Shown here: positions 56,750 through 64,000 of the stretch, in pieces
Layout: each line of letters opens with the position of its first letter
Numbering within the stretch: the first letter of the stretch is position 1
Origin: an uncultured Acidobacteriota bacterium
GTDB lineage: Bacteria; Acidobacteriota; Polarisedimenticolia; J045
Direction of reading: 5' to 3'
Length of the DNA stretch: 64,000 bases
Assembly: GCA_963702425.1 (NCBI GenBank)
Contig: CAVPCQ010000021.1
Location: forward strand, 32,001-96,000
Position numbers and translations under genes: made by a program
Notes under the pieces: model-generated
What the model was told of the DNA's origin: nothing
Databases searched by the model: none
The model's input: only the letters and a program-made list of their open reading frames with translations

Positions 56750-57836
56750 CAGCCTCGAAGTAGTGCCGCAGGATCTCGTACGCTGACGCCCCGCGGCGCG
56801 CCATCGCCGCCGCGCCCCGCTGGCACAGGCCGACGCCGTGGCCGTGACCGCGGCCTTCGATCCGCACGGCGCCGCCGGACACCGTCCAGCCGAAGCGCGC
56901 GCTCTTCACGACTGACCAGTCCCGGGCCCGGTCGAGGGCGCGCGCAAAGGCGTCCCCGGCGGCCCAGCGGCCGGTCGCTGTGTCGACCAGGCGCAGCACG
57001 CGTCCATCGGGCGCGTGCTCGAGCGCCAGCCGGTCGACCGCGACCGGGCCCTCGGCCCCGAGCACCGCACCTGCGGCGGACTCGACCTCGGCGATCCGGA
57101 GCACCGCCGTCCACGCGTCGGCGGAGCACTGCGGATCGGCTGCGGCGCGCGCGCCCGTCTGCTCGTCGCCACCGAAAACGGCCTGCGGCTCGGCGGTATC
57201 CCCGCCGCAGTCGGAATGGAAGACCGCGCGGGCGATCGCGCCCGGGGCGAGACGCAGCACCTGCCCGCGCGTCGCACGCGCCGCGCGCCGCGCCGCCGCC
57301 GCGTGGTCCGGGCCGGCGGCAGGCGCCAGGGACTGGCAGTGCGCGAGGTCGCAGAGCGGCGCTTCGCGGTGTCGCGCGCCGGGGGCCAGCGCGTACGAGC
57401 GCGCGACGATCGCCTGCGCCTCGAGCGCGGCCGGCGGCGTGCCGGGGAGCGTCTCGGCGGCGACGGCGCGGGCGACGTAGTTCTCCAGGTCGAGCGCGGC
57501 CACGATCCGCAGCTCGTCGCCGGCGGCCTCGATCCGCAGCGCAGCCTCGTAGCGCCGAACCATGCCGGTGTCGAGCGTGATCGTCCACGGCGCGCGAGCG
57601 AGCGTGACCGGTGCCGGCTGCGCTCGGCCGTCGACGCGCAGCAGGTCGCCGTCGGCCGCGACGCTCATCCCCCGCGGGCCGTCGAGCGTCGCCGCGTGCG
57701 GGTGGAACTTCGTCAGCACGAGGACCTCGACGGCGGGAGCGCCGGACTCCGCCGGGAGGGGTGCGCCGGGCTCGGCGAGCGCCCCCACGGTGAATGCTGC
57801 GAGCAGTCCCGCGCGGACCGCGCCGGCGCCGCTCAT
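56670..57836 (-). CDS. SpoIID/LytB domain protein
   Basis: [58 protein letters not shown]. Confidence 0.9.
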   Translation of the reverse strand: MSGAGAVRAGLLAAFTVGALAEPGAPLPAESGAPAVEVLVLTKFHPHAATLDGPRGMSVAADGDLLRVDGRAQPAPVTLARAPWTITLDTGMVRRYEAALRIEAAGDELRIVAALDLENYVARAVAAETLPGTPPAALEAQAIVARSYALAPGARHREAPLCDLAHCQSLAPAAGPDHAAAARRAARATRGQVLRLAPGAIARAVFHSDCGGDTAEPQAVFGGDEQTGARAAADPQCSADAWTAVLRIAEVESAAGAVLGAEGPVAVDRLALEHAPDGRVLRLVDTATGRWAAGDAFARALDRARDWSVVKSARFGWTVSGGAVRIEGRGHGHGVGLCQRGAAAMARRGASAYEILRHYFEAATSLATRTPARAGSAAPPRSAPSPTG

Positions 57837-60196
57837 CGGACGGTGATCTCGGCGACCGCGTCGGGCGCGGCTGCTCCCGGGACCCACAGCTCCACCCGCT
57901 GGCGCCCGCGCGCCGCGGCGAGGCGCGTGACGAACGGCGCCGCGAGCGGTCGCACGGTGCCGTCGGCCAGCCGCAGCTCGAGCCGCGCGACGCCGTCCGG
58001 TGGCAGCGCCCGGAGGGGAATCGATTGATCGCCGGGCGGGAGGCCGGGATCCACGAGGTACTCGTCGCCGTCGGCAGGCGTCAGAAGCCGGGCGCGGCCC
58101 GGCGGAGCTGCGGACGGCCGTTGGCCGTCCGCAGCGAAGCGGGGCCACGGCCCGGCCGAGAGCCCCTCGCGCCGGGCCCAGGCGTAGTACGCCGGGCCGA
58201 CGTCGAGCACCGGCCGCGCTCCGCCGGCGAGGCGGTGCATCGCGCAGGTCTCGCGCGGCGCGCTGCCGGGCAGGAAGATCTCGTCGATCGACGCCGGGCA
58301 CGCGGCGCCGGCGCGCGCGCCGGACAGCGCGCAGACCGCCGCGTGCTCGAAGGCCGCGCGGTCGACGAGCGGCTCGGCGGAGAGACCCGCCATCGCGCGC
58401 TTCATGATCCTCCGGAACAGCGGTCCGGCCCCCGTCACACCGGACACCCCCTGCATCGGCTGCCCGTCGAAATTGCCGGCCCAGACCGCGACCGTGCGCT
58501 CGCGGGTGTAGCCGATCGTCCAGTTGTCGACGTGGGCCCGCGAGGTCCCGGTCTTGGCCGCGACCGGGAACGGCAGCCGCAGCGCGTTGTCGACGCCGAA
58601 GGCCGGCGCGCGCGCGAACTCGTCGGCCAGGATGTCGGTCAGCAGCGCGGTCGCGGACGCGGGCAGGAAGCGCGCCGGGGCGATCTCCGGGGCGATCGCG
58701 ACCGGCCGACCGGCCGCGTCGGCCGCGCGCCGCACCGCGGCCAGCGGGGCGAGCACGCCGCCCCGCGCAAGGCCGCGGAAGGCGCGCGCCTGCTCGTAGA
58801 GCGAGACCTCGCCGTCGCCGAGCACCAGGGCGACGCCGTAGTGGTCGGGCGACTCCGCGAGCGAGCCGTAGCCGGCGCGCCGCAGCACCTCGAGCACGCG
58901 CCCCGGCCCCAGCGCCTCGCAGAGGTGGACCGCCGGCAGGTTGTAGCTGTTGGCGAGCGCGGCGCGCAGGCGCACCGGTCCGCGTTGGCGGCGGTCGTAG
59001 TTGTGCGGCTCGTAGTCACCGGTCGGCGTCGCGTAGCGCGCGGCCACGTCCGGCAGGAGGGTCGCCGGTGTGAAACCGGCGGCCAGCGCCAGGCCGTAGG
59101 CGAACGGCTTGAGGCTGCTCCCCGGCTGGCGCAGCGCGCGCACGCCGTCGTTCTGGCCGCCGGCCTCCTCGTCGAAGAAGTCGGCCGAGCCGGCCCAGGC
59201 GAGGATCTCTCCGGTCGCGTTGTCGACGACGAGCGCCGCCGCCTGCCCGACGCGCCGGTCCGCCAGCCCCGCCAGCTCCTCCGCGATCGCCTGCTCGACG
59301 AAGCGCTGCAGCGCCGGGTCGAGCGTCGTCTCCACGCTCGCGGTGCCGGGCGGCAGCGTCGCCGCCAGCCACGCGGTGAAATGCGGCGCGCGGAACGGCG
59401 CCTCGAACGGGGCGAGGTCGAGCGGGGCGTCCGCGGCCGCGTCGGCCTCCGGGCGCGCGATGAACCCCGCGGCGGCCATCCGGTCGAGCACCCGACGCAT
59501 GCGCGCCTGGGCGGCGTCGGGGTGGCGGTACGGATCGAAGCGCGCGGGGGAAGACGCCATTCCGGCCAGCAGGGCCGCCTGTGACAGGGAGAGCTGCGAC
59601 GCCGGGCGCCGGAAGTAGACCGTCGCCGCGGTTTCGACGCCGGAGAGCGAGCGCCCCAGCGCGACGCGGTCCAGGTACGCCCGCAGGACCGTCTCGCGCG
59701 GCAGGTGCAGCGTCAGCCGCAGCGCCCAGAGCGCTTCCTTGACCTTGCCGGCCAGCGTCCGCTGGCGCGGCACGAGCCGCCGCGCGAGCTGTTGCGTAAT
59801 GGTCGAGGCCCCGCCGGTGACGCGCCCGGCGCGCGCGATGTCGCGCACGGTGCGTGCGACCGCCAGCGGATCGACGCCGGGGTGCAGTCCGAAACGGCGG
59901 TCCTCGATCGCGATGAACGCCTCGACGACGCGCTCCGGCAGGGGGCCGGGCGGGAGCGGGATCGCGCGGCCGTCCTCGCCCGAGCGCAGCTCGCGCAGCA
60001 GGCCGCCGTCGCGGTCGGTGATGCGGACGGAAGCGAGGCGCGAGCCGTCGAGCAGGCCGGCGGGAAGCGGCCAGGCGACGAAGAGCGCGGCCGCGGCGAG
60101 TGCGGCCGCGAGTGCGGCGACACTCGCCGCCATGCCCGCCCGCGCGAGCGTGCGCAGCACCCCGCGGGCGCGCGGCGCAAGGCGCCGCCCGCTCAC
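57833..60196 (-). CDS. pbpC: Penicillin-binding protein 1C
   Basis: EDRRF, GVD, GASTITQQL, RQPGSSLKPF (SxxK), NSYN, KTGTS, BiPBP_C tail; GTG start overlaps the A2M stop. Confidence 0.9.
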   Translation of the reverse strand: MSGRRLAPRARGVLRTLARAGMAASVAALAAALAAAALFVAWPLPAGLLDGSRLASVRITDRDGGLLRELRSGEDGRAIPLPPGPLPERVVEAFIAIEDRRFGLHPGVDPLAVARTVRDIARAGRVTGGASTITQQLARRLVPRQRTLAGKVKEALWALRLTLHLPRETVLRAYLDRVALGRSLSGVETAATVYFRRPASQLSLSQAALLAGMASSPARFDPYRHPDAAQARMRRVLDRMAAAGFIARPEADAAADAPLDLAPFEAPFRAPHFTAWLAATLPPGTASVETTLDPALQRFVEQAIAEELAGLADRRVGQAAALVVDNATGEILAWAGSADFFDEEAGGQNDGVRALRQPGSSLKPFAYGLALAAGFTPATLLPDVAARYATPTGDYEPHNYDRRQRGPVRLRAALANSYNLPAVHLCEALGPGRVLEVLRRAGYGSLAESPDHYGVALVLGDGEVSLYEQARAFRGLARGGVLAPLAAVRRAADAAGRPVAIAPEIAPARFLPASATALLTDILADEFARAPAFGVDNALRLPFPVAAKTGTSRAHVDNWTIGYTRERTVAVWAGNFDGQPMQGVSGVTGAGPLFRRIMKRAMAGLSAEPLVDRAAFEHAAVCALSGARAGAACPASIDEIFLPGSAPRETCAMHRLAGGARPVLDVGPAYYAWARREGLSAGPWPRFAADGQRPSAAPPGRARLLTPADGDEYLVDPGLPPGDQSIPLRALPPDGVARLELRLADGTVRPLAAPFVTRLAAARGRQRVELWVPGAAAPDAVAEITVR

Positions 60197-63100
60197 GGGG
60201 TCACCGTCACCTCGACCGCGCCGTCGCGGCCGAAGGTCTCCGGCCGGTACATCTCCGCCGCCTGCGCCGGCGGGAAGAGGAACGTGCCCGGCGTCGTCGC
60301 GCGCAGCACGAAGCGGACCTCCCAGACCCCCGGTGGCAGGCGGTCGGCGAACGCCAGCACGCGGTCGTCGCGCAGCTCGCGCCGGGCGAACGGGGTGTAG
60401 TCGCCGTAGGCCCACGCGGGCAGGCCGCCGGGCGTGCCGCCCGATCCAGTCCTCACCGAACCCCTCCCCCTGCTCGGCCGCCTCCCCCTGGGGGAGCGGA
60501 GGCACCAGCGTCGCAGCGACCGACGCGGTCGAGAGCGAGGCGTCGACCGGCTCGAAGCCGGCCGGCACCGGGACGTCGAGCGCGACGTAGCGCCGCTCCT
60601 GCGGCGTGGCGACCCGGACGGTCAACGTGACCAGCGTGCCGGCGCCGAAGCTCCGCGCCTGTCCCGCGCTGCCGTAGGGGGAGAGCCAGCGCTGTACGAC
60701 CAGGCCGCGGTCGAGTGCGCTGGCGGGCGGATGTTCCGGGACATAGGTCAGCCGCGCCCCGTAGTAGAGGATGCCCGCCCCCTGCTTCGAGAGGACGAGC
60801 GGGGCCTCGCCGGCGGCCGCCAGGTCCCGCATCGGCACGCTCTTCGTCACCAGCTCCAGCGACCGCCCGCGGAACTCCGCCGCCGCGACCTCCCTGCCGC
60901 CCAGCACGGCCTTCGCCGCGAAGTCGGGGACGACCTGCTCGCGCGTCGCCGCCAGGTCGGCCAGCGCCAGCAGCGTCCAGCCCGCTTCCTGCGTCGTGCG
61001 GTAGGCGCCGTTCGGGAGCCGCTCGCCGGCCAGCCAGCGGACGAGCATCGGGACCAGCACGTGCTGCGGAGCGTGGGCCTCGAGCAGCATCAGGACGATC
61101 GACGTCGTCGTCACGTCGGAGGACCAGGCGGCGACGTTCGAGGCCTGCTCCGTGTCCTGGAAGAAGGCCTCGCCGGCGGTGATCCGCGCCGCGTTCACCA
61201 GCTCGTCGAGCAGCGTGCGCCCGCGGGCAGCGTCGGCCGCCGCACCGCCGGGCCGCAGCAGCGCGTCGGTCAGCATGGCGCGCGAGCCGAGCGTCAGGTC
61301 GCCGCGCTGCGCGAAGAGGTCGGGGTAATACGACGCCTGCGGCGCGCCGGTGCGGGCGAGCACCCAGAGCGCGAAGGCACGGTCGTCGAGCGAGGGGGTG
61401 AAGGTGAGCGACCAGAAGCGCACCGGCCTCCCGGCCGCCACGACCTCTGCCAGGTAGCGCTGCCCCTTCGCGATCACGGCGGGATCGACCGCATGGCCGG
61501 CGTCCTTCGCGCGCGCCAGCGCCAGCACGGCCCACGAGCTGGCCCAGGGCGAGGCGTCGAGGCTGTTCGGCCAGTAGCGGAAGCCGCCGTCCTCGCGCTG
61601 CAGACTCACCAGCGCGGCGATCGTCTCCTCGACGATCGCATCCGGCGTCCTCGCCGGGCCGCCGGTTTCCGTGGCCGTGCCAGACAGATTCCCGCCGAGT
61701 CCGAACCACTCGGCCTCGCGCGCCCGCTGCTTCTCGCGCTGCTCGGCACCGGTGGGCGCGAGACCGTAGTCCTGCTGGAGCTGTCGCAGCGCGACGAACG
61801 GCACCAGCCGCGAGGCGAGCTGTTCGGCGCAGCCGTAGGGGTACGCGACGAGCTGCCGCATCGCCCCTTCGAAGCCGGCCATCGCCGTCGAGGCCAGCGT
61901 CAGCTCGAGGCCGCCGGCGTCGGGACGGACCCCCTGCGGCGGAACGATCGCCTCGGTCCGCTCGGTCTCGGTGTCGCCGTAGGTGGCCACCGTCTCGGGA
62001 GTCGCCGACGGGGCGACGACGATCGTCTGCTCGACGGCGTCGCGCTCCCCCGCGCCCCGGACGGTGAAGCGCAGCGTCGCCGGCTCGGCGCTCTTCCCGA
62101 CGAACGCGAATCGGACCTCCTGTGCGCGGCCGTCGGGGAGACGCACGCTCTTCGTTGCCGGACCGGACAGCGCGACGCCGCCCGTCGCCTCGGCGCTCAC
62201 CTCCACCGGCACGCCGCCGAGCGCCGCCGGGTCCTTCGCGTGCACGACGACCCCCGCCTCGAAGCGGTCGCCGACGCGCGCGACGCGCGGAAGCGCGGGG
62301 ATCGCCAGCAGCGGTTTGCTGACCGTCAACGCACCCTTGCCGGTGCCGAAGCGCTCGTCCTCGCCGACCGCCAGCGCCATGACCCGGTAGGTCGTCAGGT
62401 TGTCGGGCAGCTCGAACGACACGCGCGCGCGGCCGTCCGCGCCGGTCACGACCTCCGGCGCGAACAGGGCCGTCGTCTTGAATCGGCTGCGGATCTCGCC
62501 CGCCTCCTCGCCGCCGCCGCCGCCCGGAGCGCTGCCGCCCTTCTCGCCGTACCAGCGCCGCAGCACGAGGTTGATCAGCGGCTCCGCCGTGCGGACCGAG
62601 AGCGGCCGCGGGGCGAAGATCGCCTCGACCGGGTCGGGCGGCTCGTAGCCGGTCAGGCGCAGGACCGTTTCGTCGACGGCCCAGACCGCGAGCTGCGCCC
62701 TGGCCGGGCGCCCCCTGGAGTCGGTCACGGCGAGGTCGACCTCGACCTTCTGCCGCGGCCGGTAGTCGGCGCGCTCCGGCGTCACCGCCACGGCGAGCCG
62801 CCGGGACTTCTTCTCGACCTTCAGCTCCAGGTAGCCCAGCTTGAACTCCGGCCGGCCGGGATCGGCCCCCTCGCCCGCAACCTGGTCGGTGGGCACGCGG
62901 CCGCGCACCAGCACGATCGAGACGTAGGCGTTGGGGACCATCGACTCGTCGATCGGCACCGGGATCGCGCGCGCCGCGCCGTCGAGCGTCACGCGCCGGG
63001 CCGACATCACGCCGGCGCGCTCGACGGTGACGATCGCCTCGGCCTTCGGGAACGGGCTCTTGACCAGGATCTGCGCCGTGTCGCCGACGTCGTAGAGCGG

Positions 63101-64000
63101 GCGGTCCGCGACCAGGTCGATCCGGTCGGTGCCGTCGCGCAGCCACGAGGCCCAGCCGCTGCCGATCACGTAGAGCCCGGTCCGCGTCTTCTGCGTCCGG
63201 CCCGCGCCGTCCTTCAGCGTCGCCTCGAGGATGAAGAGCCCGCCCGCTTCCGGGGTGAAGCGGCAGAGCTGCGGGGTGTCGGCGGTCGTCACGCGGCACG
63301 AGGCCGCGGGCTCGTCGACCGGCTCGGTGATCGTCTCCCAGCGCTCACCGGCCCCCTTCTTGCGGATCGACTTCCAGACGCGGCGGGTGACGGCGACGTC
63401 GATCGTCAGCCCGGCGCGGCGCGTCCCGTCGGGAGCCGCTGCGATCAGCTCGACCGCGACCGGCTTCCCTTCCTCGCCGAACCCCTCGTTCGCGACGCGC
63501 ACCCCGGCGTAGGCCTCGGCCGGGTGCACGGTGACGCGCGCGCGGTTGGCGACGCGCTGGCGGCTGACGTCGGTGACCTCGGCCTCGAGCGTGTAGGACC
63601 AGGGGCGCTCGCCCGGCGCCTCGGCCCGGCCGGCGTCGAAGGCGAAGTTCCCCTGCGCGTCGACCACGCCCTCTCCCGCCGCGGTCTGCGCGGTCGACGG
63701 TCGCGGCGTCTCGTCGTCCCACCACCAGACGCTCTGACCGAACTCGAAGCCGGGATTCCCGGGCGGCGCGACGTCGAGCGGCGAGCGGATCGCGCTCCAG
63801 GTGACGGGCGCGCCGGCCATCGCGCCGCCGAAGGCATAGCGCGCGACGACCTCGGCGCCGAGCGGGTCGCCCGGCAGCGCGTCGGCCGCACCGGCCTTGA
63901 CGTTGACCAGGAACGGCGGCGCCCGGTATTCCTCGACCCGGAACGAGCCGTAGTACTCGAGCTGCGTCGTGCCGTCCTTCAGCGTCGCGCGCAGGGAGTA
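60193..64000 (-). CDS. Bacterial alpha-2-macroglobulin (5' part outside the window; frameshift near 60440)
   Basis: FRVEEYRAP, LPDNLTTYRVMA, thioester YPYGCAEQ, TTQE, VPAGFE; C-terminus ELRDDRV..FAD...RATTPGTF..PPAQA.EMYRPE.FGR in ORF 60193..60456. Confidence 0.92.

Noticed and set aside
57833-63820. Apparent 1995-aa A2M-PBP1C fusion ORF
   Set aside because: The conserved A2M C-terminus (ELRDDRV...EMYRPE) is in another frame and ends at 60193, overlapping a pbpC GTG. A 1-bp indel near 60440 creates the false fusion.
1-64000. CRISPR array or anti-phage defence system
   Set aside because: No regularly spaced repeats. Repetitive DNA is explained by protein-domain repeats (P-domain, FG-GAP, IPT), and the Mut7-C gene has no obvious antitoxin or defence context.

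Overview
Very GC-rich bacterial chromosomal window. An Acidobacteriota-like origin is my inference from gene content and protein style. It holds about 45 genes, two tRNAs (Val-TAC, Asp-GTC) and no integrase, transposase or CRISPR array. Envelope and secreted functions dominate: an M14B carboxypeptidase and a Lys-C-like protease with three P-domains, an FG-GAP protein, M28 peptidases, a Zn/Mn ABC importer, a 9-heme cytochrome with Ig/PKD domains, a YtrA-type ABC operon, a beta-propeller histidine kinase with a NarL/LuxR regulator followed by three secreted proteins, a ~2000-aa Kelch/IPT/FN3 surface protein, Spy and parvulin chaperones, and an alpha-2-macroglobulin-pbpC-SpoIID operon. asnA and a GS-I glutamine synthetase are divergently arranged. 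Many genes between ~21 and ~41 kb carry 1-bp frameshifts, probably long-read indels, so several long ORFs in the supplied track are artefactual fusions. The strongest signal is a ~90-aa C-terminal domain (W..Y/F.x.R/F...C...P..G..[WF][YF].V.A.N..G...R...CP-stop) on three otherwise unrelated signal-peptide proteins, with a shortened copy on a fourth. It looks like an uncharacterised secretion or surface-sorting tag analogous to the T9SS CTD. Other signals are a candidate response-regulator operator, paired ECF promoters, an exact 20-bp direct repeat bracketing a small cassette, and a REP-like doublet. All family calls come from motifs read by eye; no database search was run.
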